A DNA stretch of 64,000 bases, from assembly GCA_038087875.1 (NCBI GenBank), contig JAXLNO010004250.1, positions 248,001 through 312,000 on the forward strand, given 5' to 3'. This document shows, piece by piece, positions 11,501-22,139 of the stretch; position 1 is the stretch's first letter; the number at the start of each line of letters is the position of its first letter. The translations under genes were made by a program, and so were the position numbers. The notes beneath the pieces are model-generated. The model did no database searches. It was not told where the DNA came from and saw only the letters and a list, made by a program, of their open reading frames with translations. Source of the DNA: Malacoraja senta. Lineage: Eukaryota.

Positions 11501-13023
11501 AAATGGGCAGTAAATATTAAAAATATGATTCACCTGCTGGACAATTCTGCCCAGCAGGTGGACTGGATTATAATGGAAAAAGAGGACTGTTCCCCGAGTA
11601 ATATAGGAGCGATTATTCTCTCTCCAATAAATTTGAATAATAAAAATTATAATAAAAACCCAATTATAAATAGCACAATTAGAACATGGAAACAAATAAA
11701 ACAGAATCTAAAATTAAGAAACCTATCTCTCTCAACACCAATAGTTAATAACCCATCGTTTAAACCTTCAACCATAGACAAATCATTTATACAATGGGAA
11801 AGAATGGGAATCAAAACGCTTGAAGATCTGTATGAACTGGGAAAATTACTATCATTTCAACAACTACAACTGAAATATAATCTGAAAAATAATCAATATT
11901 TTAAATATCTACAAGTTGGTGATTACCTAAAAAAACACACAAAAGACTATCATAATATGCCTTCCGACTTACTAGATGAAGCAATGAAGACAAAGGCGGA
12001 ATCAGCTAATCTAATATCGTACTTATATAATATCATTTTAAACATAGAAATACCCACAACAGATGGAATTAGAAGAGACTGGGAACAAGAATTAGCTATA
12101 AAAATTTCAAAAGAGAGCTGGGATAACCATTTACTACAGGTGCATAAATGTTCGATCAACGTATGACATACGCTCATCCAATTCAAAACATTACATAGAC
12201 TATATTATTCAAAAACTAAATTAAATAAAATCTTTCCTAATGTTTCACCAATCTGTGATAAATGTCTATGTCAAGAAGCTACCATAGCGCATTCTTTTGT
12301 TTTTTGTACAAAAATCCAAAATTTTTGGTATGAAATATTTGATATTTTCTCAAAATTAATTAAAATAAAACTGGTACCAAAACCAGAATGGATCATTTTT
12401 GGAATATCGGAAGGTATCCCTGAATTAAATGTGTACCAGAAGAACTTATTCAATTATGGGCTAATAATGGGTAAAAGGCTCATACTTAAATTCTGGAAAA
12501 ATGCGCCCACACCAACAATAAAAATGTGGACATCAAATATGTTGGAAACATTACATCTGGAAGAGATGAGATTCCTCTTAGCAGGGAAAGCAGACCAATT
12601 CCAAAAGACGTGGTCTACGTTTTTGGACCTATTACAAGCATGAGGTGCAATAGTAATTAAAAAAATAAATAAATAAAGAATGGTATCAGGACCTGGTAAT
12701 GGGAGGTAAAACAATAAAAACAGACTTGGTCGGTGGTTCCCTTTCTGCGATTGTTCCTACTTTCTTTTTCTTTCTTTTCTAGGATCTGCTTTCTTACTTT
12801 ACTTCCTTCTCTAACTTCTTTTCTAAGGGGCTTTCTTTTCACAACACTCTTTTGCACTTCACGACTCTTGCGCACTTTCTTTACTTTTCTTACTTCTATC
12901 TTTCTCTTAAAGCTAAAAAAAATGAAGCGGTATAAAAAATGTACTAAGATATAAATGTTGTGTATTACTGTAAATTACCGTACTTCTAATAAAAATAATT
13001 TAAAAAAATAAAATAAAAAAAAA
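8562..13023 (+). mobile_element. L1-clade LINE, 5'-truncated, with ORF2, 3' UTR and poly(A)
   Basis: APE endonuclease (SWNIRGIN, FLQETHL, NIYAPN, GGDFN, SRIDYF, SDHSP) and RT (GPDGF, SLDAEKAFD, GCSLSPLLF, YADD) motifs; CxxC...H...C knuckle; AATAAA near 12988 and an A-tail ending at about 13023. Confidence 0.97.
8845..12643 (+). pseudogene. L1 ORF2 (EN-RT-Cys domain) with one frameshift (about 9850-9875) and one in-frame TGA (12164-12166)
   Basis: ORFs 8845-9858, 9875-12166 and 12431-12643; reading through the TGA gives HTLIQFKTLHRLYYSKTKLNKIFPNVSPICDKC. Confidence 0.9.
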
Positions 13024-14217
13024 AGATAAAGCTTAAAAAGAACTTTAATTTGATACCAAATTCACTTTCATATCTTCAGTATTAAAAAAGTTATGGTCAT
13101 TTTCATACTCGGACATTGGCATCTTGTTCCCTATTGCTTTTCCATTCACTTAACACAAAAGCTGTGATCCAGGACAGTCAAAAGCCCATAACTTTCTTAA
13201 AAATTAAGAGAACTGAGTGAAATTTTCAGTTAGTATAGATTGAAGCATTCGGGAAACAAATGTGATACATCTTACTTGGATGGCCTGAAATTAAAGTATA
13301 TAATCAGTTAATTACCTAATTAAGTAGCTAAATACAAAATTTCCCGTTGTGACGGAAATAGTAATAAACACCCAGACTGCCTTGAAAATTCAAAAATGTG
13401 ATATTCTCAAGATCAGAACTTTAATATTATTGTAACGTTAAAACAAATATTAAATACCCAACAAAAAAATCATATTCATCAGTCATCAAATCAATTCAAT
13501 TCACTAAATTCAATTACTAGATCTAAACATCTATCCCATTCTTAAGAACATCTATCCCATTCTTTAATTAGGCAATGTATCCAAATAACAAACTGATCCC
13601 ATTCACATAAGAATTCACAATATACCATGATTTTTAAATCTCACTTTGTCATGAATGTCTATGCCAAATGTAAGGAATTGAATGTTTAATTCCCATAAAT
13701 TTTACTCTTTCTCACTGCAGCAGGCAAAGGCATTTGTTCAAAATCCAGAAACATCCACTCAAGATAATCAAAATCATTATTTTTTGCACGTCGGAGGATT
13801 ATTTGTTGTATGTCATGGCAGGTAGGGTGGAAGGTGAGGACACATAATCCTACGTCATTTTCGCCACCTCCAACGTGACCCCACCACTTGCCACCTCCCC
13901 ATCTCTTCCCCTGTCTGCTTTCCGCAGAGACTGCTCCCTCCGTATCTCCCTGGTCTCGATTACTGCAACTCCCTTTACACTGGCATCAGCCAATCTTCCC
14001 AGTCCCGCCTGCAACTGGTCCAAAACGCCGCAGCAAGACTCCTGATGGGCACCCGAAAAAGGGACCACATCACCCTGATTCTGGCCTCACTCCACTGACT
14101 CCCTGTGCTGTTTCGAATAAATTTCAAGATCCTTCTTTATGTTTACAAAGCCCTTAACAGGCTTGCTCCCACCTACATCAAAAGTCTGCTTACCCACCAC
14201 ACCACCTCCAGGTCCCT
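13024..14217 (+). repeat. Direct repeat copy 2 (1194 bp)
   Basis: Begins right after the L1 poly(A); unlike copy 1 it continues seamlessly into the remainder of the L2 (ggtccct|tagatcggccgac). Confidence 0.95.
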
Positions 14218-15230
14218 TAGATCGGCCGACTTACTGAACATCCCGCGGTCTAGGCATAAGCTCAGGGACGACCGTGCCTTTGCGGTTGCAGCTCCTAGAC
14301 TGTGGAACAGCATCCCTCTTCCCATCAGAACTGCCCCCTCCATCGACTCTTAAGTCGAGACTTAAAACTCATCTTTACTCTCAATCCTTTCTTGACATCC
14401 TCTGAGGGAGGGTTATATGTATGTATTTATGTATGTACTTAATCTATGAACCACTGTTGTATAACGTTAGTACCTCCACCAATGTAAAGCACTTTGGTCA
14501 ACGAGAGTTGTTTTTAAATGTGCTATAGAAATTAAAGTTACCTGACTTGACTTGGTCAATTCGTCCCTTCCCACCCAAACCACCCCTCTCCTGGCACTTT
14601 CCCTTGCGACGGCAGAAAATGCTATACTTGTCGCTTTACCTTCCCCCTTGACTCCATTCAAGAACCCAAGCAGTCGTTCCAGATGCGGCAGCGGTTCACC
14701 TGCACCTCCTCCAACCTCATCTATTGCATCCGATACTCTTGGTGTCAGCTGCTCTACATCGGTGAGACCAAGTGTAGGCTTGGCGATCACTTCGTCCAAC
14801 ACCTCCGCTCGGTTCGCAATGACCAAGCTGATCTCCCGGTGGCTCAGCACTTGAACTCCCCCTCCCATTCCCAATCCGACGTTTCTGTCCTGGGCCTCCT
14901 CCATGGCCAGAGTGAGGACCACTGTGAATTGGAGAAGCAGCACCTCATATTTCGCTTGGGCAGTTTGCACCCCAGTGGTATGAACATTGACTTCTTCAAT
15001 TTCAGGTAGTCCTTACTCTCTCCTCCCCTTCTCAGCTCTCCCTCAGCACACTGTCTCCGCCTCTTCCTTTCTTCTCCCCCCTCCCCCTCACATCAATCTG
15101 AGGAAGGGTCTTGACCCGAAACCACACCTATTCCCTTCGCTCCATAGATGCTGCCTCACCCGCTGAGTTTCTCCAGCAATTTTGTCTCCCTTCGACTTTC
15201 CAGCATCTGCAGTTCCTTCATAAACGTGTG
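13860..15230 (+). mobile_element. Penelope-like element 3' part (linker plus GIY-YIG endonuclease), interrupted by an L2
   Basis: FRHLQRDPTT...SAFRRDCSLRISLV (13860-13955) continues at 14553 (VNSSLPTQTT); ORF 14683-15009 has NLIYCI...LYIGETKCRLGDHF...LIFRLGSLHPSGMNIDF; a hammerhead-like end follows at about 15104-15130. Confidence 0.85.
13956..14552 (+). mobile_element. L2 LINE 3' end inserted in the Penelope element (TSD TGGTC)
   Basis: DYCNSLYTGISQSSQSRLQLVQNAAARLL...RINFKILLYVYKALN...RAFAVAAPRLWNSIP; (TGACT)n tail; TGGTC at 13951-13955 and 14553-14557. The 5' part is duplicated at 8300-8561. Confidence 0.9.
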
Positions 15231-15565
15231 GTTTAAATGTTGTTTTTACAATAACTATTTTATTCCACCCGTTTGAACTCGCTACAACCCATTCATTCTC
15301 TCTACACATGCTGCCTGTCCCGCGGATTTACTCCAGCATTTTGTGTCTTCCTTTGGTGTAAACCTGCATCTGCATTTCCTTCCTACACACAACCTCGCCG
15401 TTGCCATTCCGTTCCAGGCTGTGTCACTCCCAGCCTGTGCCGAGGCAGCAGTCTGCATTGTCAGTAACCCTTGAACTTCCCAGTAAAATCCCAGTCTGAG
15501 GGGCCGACTACTGACATTCCCGGTGTAAACCCTGGTGTGAACTATGTGCCTCCAGAGGGACTCAC

Positions 15566-15904
15566 CTTCAACCTGCAGATGCAGCGCCTCCTGGTTACTG
15601 GACGTGGGGGTGCTGATGGAACACGTGTAGATTCCAGCATCTGATACTTTGACCCTCTTCAGTTTAAGCGATGCGTTTCCACGGGGAAACTCTTCCCGAA
15701 AGAGTTCCGTCCTCCCTCGATAAGCCCTGTCCTGCATCTCAGCTCGGTCCTGGCCGCCGGTGTATAAATGTACCGGTGACCCCGGGCTCGTTGTAAACCA
15801 TCGGACCTCCAGAGCGTCCAGTGATGTATCCGGACATTCCAACATGGCATCTTCACCCACCATGGCCACCACCGGACAGTCCGGCACAATCACATAGAAC
15901 TCCT
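15566..15904 (-). CDS. Butyrophilin-like gene A, IgV exon (339 bp, phase 1-1)
   Basis: Acceptor tattttatttttccag, donor G|gtgagt; EEFYVIVPDCPVVAMVGEDAMLEC-PDTSLDALEVRWF...QDRAYRGRTELFREEFPRGNASLKLKRVKVSDAGIYTCSIS...LHLQVE carries the BTN/MOG-type V-set motifs. Confidence 0.9.
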
Positions 15905-16232
15905 CTGGAAAAATAAAATATTTAAACTTGAGCTTTTTACGTTGGCGAGTTGTGTAACTTTTCGGGGGTCGGGTGGCAGTTAAGCAAAAGCAGGTACATT
16001 TCCATTTTAGGGTTGCTAATTCTTCCAAAAATCATATTAGAATAACGTCACAATCTCTGTCGCTCTAATGCTCCAAATTGGGGTTTGAACCCACGACCAT
16101 CTGACCCAGGACTTTGTTAACAGCGTCTCTACTGACAATCGGAACTCATCGCATAGATCGGCTGAGGCAGTGAAGTAGCACAATATTCACAGCAAGGTGT
16201 ATGATAGTCGCGTCGATAATCCCATTACCTAC

Positions 16233-16287
16233 CCATGGTCAACGCATGAACAAGCAACAGCACAAAGATGCAGCCTGCTCCCTTCAT
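16233..16287 (-). CDS. Butyrophilin-like gene A, signal-peptide exon (coding part; exon 16233-16316)
   Basis: Acceptor gttctgtttccag; ATG at 16287 gives MKGAGCIFVLLLVHALTM+G; phase-1 donor gtaggt joins the IgV exon in frame. Confidence 0.8.
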
Positions 16288-16790
16288 CGTTGAAAGAATT
16301 CCTTCCTTGGTTTCACCTGGAAACAGAACATCGAGATAATGTTTAAAGGGGAAGCACTACCACACTGAAAATAAGTCCATGAACTAATTCTACGAATTCT
16401 ATTTTAACGGGTAATATAAAATAAATTATTGGCAAAACGCCACTGGGTATAACTTCTGACAAATACAGAAGGCGTGTGTCCAACATTATGCATAAGTTCG
16501 AGGCTGATCGTTTTTACTAGTTTTCTCCTTAGTGTTTTATGTTTGTTTTTGCAAAATACTATTAAACGCTAGTGCAGTTTGCAAACTGCACTTCAGTTTC
16601 AGAAAATTCAGAACATTACACAACGTTAATGCAGGGAGTGGAGGGAGGTGGATTGTGTGACAACAGTTAAGCATTGGTCTCTGCATCGTGTTCGGCACAG
16701 ACATTGTGGGCCGAGGCTCACGTTCCTGTCTTGTTCTGTGTTCTATGTTCTATTGTGCACTGAGCCTAGCTGCAGAGAAATGGAGACGAG

Positions 16791-18243
16791 GACAATAGCA
16801 ATAGACAATAGGTGCAGGAGTAGGCCATTCGGCCCTTCGAGCCAGCACCGCCATTTAATGTGATCATGGCTGATCATCCCCAATCAGTACCCCGTTCCTG
16901 CATTCTCCACATATCCCCAGCATATGACAGTCCCGCCATCCCGGGAATTAACCTACGCTGCACTCCATCAATAGCAAGAATGTCCTTCCTCAAATTAGGG
17001 GACCAAAACTCCACACAGTACTCCAGGTGTGGTCTCACTAGGGCTCTGTAAAACTGCAGAATGACCTCTTTGCTCCTATATTCGTTTCCTCTTGTTATAA
17101 AGGCCAACATGCCATTCGCTTTCTTCACTGCCTGCTGTACCTGCATGCTTACTTTCATAGACTGATGAACAAGGACCCCCAGATCCCATTGTACTTCCCC
17201 CTTTCCCAACTTGATGCCATTTAGATAGTAATCTGCCTTCCTGTTTTTGATACCAAAGTGGATAACCTCACGCTTATCCACATTAAATTTCATCTGCCAT
17301 ACATCTGCCCACTCCCCCAACCTGTCCAAGTCACCCTGCATTCGCAGAGCATCCTCCTCACAGTTCACACTGCCACCCAGCTTTGTGTCATCTGCAAATG
17401 TGCTAATGTTACTTTGAATCCCTTCATCCAAATAATTGATGTGTATTGTAAATAGCTGCGGTCCCAGCACCGAGCCTTGCGTTACCCCACAAGTCACTGC
17501 CTGCCATTCTGAAAGGGACCCGTTAATCCCTACTCCTTGTTTCCTGTCTGCCAACCAATTTTCTATACATGTCAGCACGCTACCCCCAATATCATGTGCC
17601 CTAATTTTGCCCACTAATCTCCTATGTGGGACCTTATCAAATCCTTTCTGAAAGTCCGGGTGCACTACATCCACTGGCTCTCCCTTGTCCATTTTCCTAG
17701 TTACATCCTCAAAAAATTCCAGAAGATTTGTCAAGCATGATTTCCCCTTCGTAAATCCATGCTGACTCCGACCGACCCTGTTACTGCTATCCAAATGTGC
17801 AGCTATTTCATCTTTTATAATTGACTCGAGCATCTTCTCTACCACCGATGTCAGGCTAACTGGTCTATAATTCCCTGTTTTCTCTCTCCCAACTTTCTTA
17901 AAAATTGGGATTACATTAGCTACCCTCCAATCCACAGGAACTGATCCTGAGTCTAGAGAACATTGGAAAATTGTCAACAATGCATCCACGATTTCTAGAG
18001 CCACTTCCTTAAGTACCCTGGGATGCAGACCATCAGGCCCTGGGGATTTATCAGCCTTACATCCCATCAGTCTACCCAACACCATTTCCTTCCTAATGTG
18101 GATTTCCTTCAGCTCCTCCGTCACCCCAGATCCTCTGGCCACTACTATATCAGGAAGATTGTTTTTGTCCTCCTTAGTGAAGACGGATCCAAAGTACCTG
18201 TTCAACTCATCTGCCATTTCCTTGTTCCCCATCATAAATTCCC
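16791..18243 (-). mobile_element. CR1 LINE, 5'-truncated, with 453-aa open RT fragment
   Basis: ORF 16874-18235 with full CR1 RT motif set; internal deletion before the 3' UTR; (CTATTGT)n tail. Confidence 0.95.
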
Positions 18244-18589
18244 TGATAAAGATTCAGGCTAAGAGAACTGATAAAGATTCAGGCTAAAATCATAAAGGAA
18301 TCCAAAGGTCTGAACGAGATAAAAGGGAGTCCAAAGGGCTTTTACTGCACATTAACAATCGAAGGACTGTGGGGAGGCACTGAGACGACGAACAACCAAC
18401 GTTGGGAATAAGGTAGGGACATTTCTACACTTCTAACTTGTTTCCTATAACTGTGGCCATACTGCAACAAAACTGACCAATGTGAACATTAGAACAATCT
18501 GAAGTTGTGTGCAACTCTGTATTAATGCCATTTGGCGGAATAAACTGTCTCATGATGTGTCGTTAAAGAATCACCAAAACAGGAGAGTC

Positions 18590-19010
18590 GACAAAGAAGT
18601 CAGTGGATGTTATTTACTTGGATTATCAGAAGGATTTTGATAAGTTGCCACACGCGAGGCTGCTAAACAGGATTGGAGCTCCTGGTATTTGAAGCAAGGT
18701 TCCAGCATGGATAGTAGATTGGTTGACGGGCAGAAGCAACGAGTGAGAATAAAGGGGGGCATTTATGGTTGGCTGCTGGTGACCAGTGGTGTTCCACGGG
18801 GGTCGGTGTAGGGGCCGCTACTTTACACCTCATGTGTTAATCATCTGGATGGGAGAATTGGTGGCTTTGTGGACAATTTTTCAGACGATACGAAAAGAGG
18901 TGGAGGGGGCAGTTGTGTCGATGAAGCATGGAGGCTGCAGAATGAGGTGGACAGGTTGGGAGAGAGGGCAAAGAAGTGGAACATGGAATACAGCAGGTTG
19001 CTGTGTTTGA
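18590..19010 (+). mobile_element. Old degenerate CR1 RT fragment
   Basis: Decayed gtggatgttatttacttggat...tttgataagttgccacac...accagtggtgttccacggggg motifs. Confidence 0.6.
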
Positions 19011-19158
19011 CTGAGAGTTGATAGTCTAAAATATCTGTTTCCCGCCACGCCCTGGCACTGATAAGGACAAGCGCAGTGAACTGCTCAGAGACATCTTCTG
19101 AATCCCCCGATATCTCACGATCGATCTCTCCAGTCGGTTCCTGTTTAACTCCACTCAC

Positions 19159-19300
19159 CTTTCTCCAGCAGCCGATCCCCGCTGAGAGTCCAACCATCCC
19201 CAAAGTAGATTATGTTTGGGACTCGCGTCACACTTTGAATCTGACCGCGGATATCCCACCTCCCCACAATACGTGAGCACTTCCACGTCGGCTGCTGCTG
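19159..19300 (-). other. Candidate non-coding first exon of BTN-like gene A
   Basis: Strong donor AAAG|gtgagt at 19158-19153 in unique, CpG-containing sequence upstream of the signal exon; the 5' boundary is a guess. Confidence 0.4.
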
Positions 19301-19339
19301 AAAACGTTCACTGTTTCTGGAAGGACAGGTTGAGTGAAG

Positions 19340-20465
19340 GTGAGAATGCTGTTCATCGATTACAGCTCAGCATTCAACACCATCATACCCTCTAAACTGA
19401 TCACCAAACTCGGTGACCTGGGCATCGACCCCTCCCTCTGTAACTGGATACTGGACTTTCTGACCAACAGACCCCAGTCTGTTAGGTTAGACAAGCACAC
19501 CTCTTCAACCCTCACCCTGAACACCGGCGTTCCACAGGGCTGTGTGCTGAGCCCCCTCTACTCCCTCTTCACCTACGACTGCACACCTGCACATGGTACT
19601 TACACCATCATCAAGTATGCAGATGATACAACGGTGATTGGCCTCATCAGCAACAACGATGAGTCGGCCTATAGGGAGGAGGTCCAGCTCCTAGCAGCAT
19701 GGTGCGCTGACAACAACCTGGCTCTTAACTCCAAGAAGACCAAGGAGCTCATTGTAGACTTCAGGAAGTCTAGGGGCGGCACGCACACCGCCATCCACAT
19801 TAACGGGATGGAGGTGGAACGTGTTTCCAGCTTCAGGTTCCTGGGGGTCAACATCTCCAATGACCTCTGTTGGACCCACAATACCTCAACTCTGGTCAAG
19901 AAGGCTCACCAGCGTCTCTTCTTCCTGAGGAGACTAAAGAAGGTCCATCTGTCTCCTCAGATTCTGGTGAACTTCTACCGCTGCACCATCGAGAGCATCC
20001 TTACCAACTGTATCACAGTATGGTATGGCAACTGTCTCCGACAGGAAAGCAGTGCAGAGGGTGGTGAAAATTGCCCAACGCATCACCGGTTCCTCACTCC
20101 CCTCCATTGAGTCTGTCCAAAGCAAGCGTTGTCTGCGAAGGGCGCGCAGCATCGCCAAGGACTGCTCTCACCCCAACCACAGACTGTTTACCCTCCTACC
20201 ATCCGGGAGGCGCTACAGGTCTCTCCGTTGTTGGACCAGCAGGTCCAGGAACAGCTTCTTCCCTGCGGCTGTTACACTACTCAACACTGTACCTCGGTGA
20301 CTGCCAATCACCCCCCCCCCCCCCCCCGGACACTCCTCCCACCAGGATTTATTAGCTTTATTTATTGCTCATATTTATGTCGCTCTTCTAGGGAGATGCT
20401 AACTGCATTTCGTTGTCTCTGTACTGTACACTGCACAATGACAATAACGCTGAATCTGAATCTGA
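19340..20465 (+). mobile_element. Rex1/Babar LINE, 5'-truncated
   Basis: ORF 19334-20110 ([20 protein letters not shown]...[10 protein letters not shown]...IIKYADD); (CTGAAT)n tail. Confidence 0.92.
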
Positions 20466-20922
20466 GCTGCTCCAGATCGGTGGCGCTTTGCTGGTCCGTT
20501 ACTGGACCCTGGGAGGGGCAGCTCTGTTGTCCCAGTGGTAGAAGAAGGGCAACAAATGTCATTCTGTATAATCAGGTCACAACTACTCAAACCTGGACCG
20601 TACAATGGAACAGGGGAGGCGACCACCTGGACCAGGCGGTTATTCCGTGTTGACTCTACACTGCCCCCTGCGGCCAGGTGTGTGTTGGGATGGTCAGCCC
20701 TGGAGCTGCAAATCCCCTCGTTCCCTCCGCTTCTTTCACCAATGACCTCAGCCCGAGTCCTCCGCTCACGGCCCTCCGTCCACAGGGCCCACTTTCCCCT
20801 CCTTCACCGGGGCAACCCGTCCCCATTCTGAACCCCTCCATTCAAATCCTACCCCACCTCACCTTCCCCAGCTCACACACACACCTATCCCGGATCACAG
20901 AACAACCCCAGCCTCCCTGCTG

Positions 20923-21180
20923 GGCGGCACGGAGGCGCAGCGGTAGAGTTGGTGCTTCACAGCGCCAGAGACCCGGGTTCGATCCTGACGACAGGTGTTG
21001 TATGTATCGAGTTGTACGTTCTCCCGCGACCGCGTGGGTTTTGCCCGAGTGCTCCAGTTTTCTTCTATAATCCAAAGACGGCCAGGTTTGTAGATAAATT
21101 GGTGTCGGGGAAATTTGTAAAATTGTCCCTCGAGTGCAGGATCGTGCTGGTGTACAGGGTCATCTCTGGTCGTCGGGAGA
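20923..21180 (+). mobile_element. tRNA-derived SINE (HE1/V-SINE-like)
   Basis: A box (GGCGCAGCGGTAGAG) and B box (GGTTCGATCC) followed by the body cgttctcccgcgaccgcgtgggttt; related copies at 41.2, 61.6, 62.7 and 63.4 kb. Confidence 0.8.
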
Positions 21181-21342
21181 GAAACAAGAGCAAATGAGAG
21201 AATAGAGACCTGGGAGGCATCGTTCACTGTTTATTCCACTGGACAATATAATCTCACCCCCTGATTATTTTTTATTGTTCCGGCATCTTTTGGCTTCAGA
21301 ATCATTTTTTGTCCTTTGACAGGTTTGATGATGGGTGACTGA

Positions 21343-21543
21343 AGAAATTCCCGGGAGAAGGTTTGTCCTGGACCCGACCCCCGTGACAGGAGACTCAAGG
21401 AACAGATTCTAAAGGGAGCCGGGGTCTCGGTGCGGAGCCTGGAGTCCTTTGGCCACCGGTTGCCCTTGGCTACCCCGCACAAGGCGTGACTTTTCACCCG
21501 CACAAGGTGTGACCTTTCACCCCGCACAAGGTGTGACCTTTCA
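21343..21543. promoter_or_regulatory. Candidate shared regulatory region: NF-kB-like site and three 23-bp tandem units
   Basis: AGAAATTCCC at 21343-21352; units CCCGCACAAGGTGTGACCTTTCA at 21474, 21497 and 21521; units 2 and 3 contain AGGTGTGA (T-box) overlapping TGACCTTT (NBRE on the reverse strand). Function is inferred only. Confidence 0.35.
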
Positions 21544-21683
21544 CCCCCTGGTCAACAGTGAGGGGGTGGTCGACACCGGCAGCGGGGTCGGAGGGGAAGG
21601 GGGGGATCACAGCTTCCCGCCCATCACGGGTCTAACACTTCTCTCTCTCTCTCTCTCCCTCAGGCACTGACCCCTCCACTGGG

Positions 21684-21741
21684 ATGGGAATGGTTCACTG
21701 CGCTGTGTTGTTACTGCACGGGATCCTCAGCTCAGTCCACG
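21684..21741 (+). CDS. Butyrophilin-like gene B, signal-peptide exon (exon starts 21664)
   Basis: Long (CT)n tract and cag acceptor at 21661-21663; MGMVHCAVLLLHGILSSVH+G; in-frame joining to the IgV exon requires a GC donor at 21742-21743. Confidence 0.7.
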
Positions 21742-22139
21742 GCAATGACCACAACATCTGGTCTGATTTATATTTATTTATCTCATGGAGGAGGCTTCAT
21801 CGAGTCAGAAGATTCATATTTTAAAATCGCTCATTTTAATGCAGTTGTCCACATCACTTAATACGATCAGGTAGGAGTTTCTTCCTCCCTCTGTGGGCGA
21901 TGATGGGGTCTGCAGGAGTAGGAGGCAACTTCATTTTTCGTGGATAATCAGGATAGCAGGAAGCAGAGAGTGGGTGCCGATCGTTTTTCTCTCTGGGTGG
22001 CAAGATGTAAGGAGTGGTGTCCCACGGGGATTGGTGTTTGAGACCCCAACATTACATTAAAAATAAATCGTGAACAACCAGTGAAAATGTTCATATATTG
22101 TTTTCATCCCTGGATTATAAGGTTATAAGTGATAGGAGC

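Noticed and set aside
15470-15495. FYWEV motif in the read-through frame of gene A, resembling B30.2 HYWEV; also a faint IgC-like pattern (KGY...RLL...QP..EW) in another frame
   Set aside because: Only 4-5 residues match, flanking PRY/SPRY or IgC motifs are absent, frameshifts would be needed and the acceptor is weak.
16075-16140. tRNA-like sequence with B box (GGTTCAAACCCC) in the gene A intron, and tRNA-like SINE heads at 20923, 42000 and 63600
   Set aside because: None forms a complete cloverleaf with an acceptor stem; they are SINE heads or relics, not tRNA genes.
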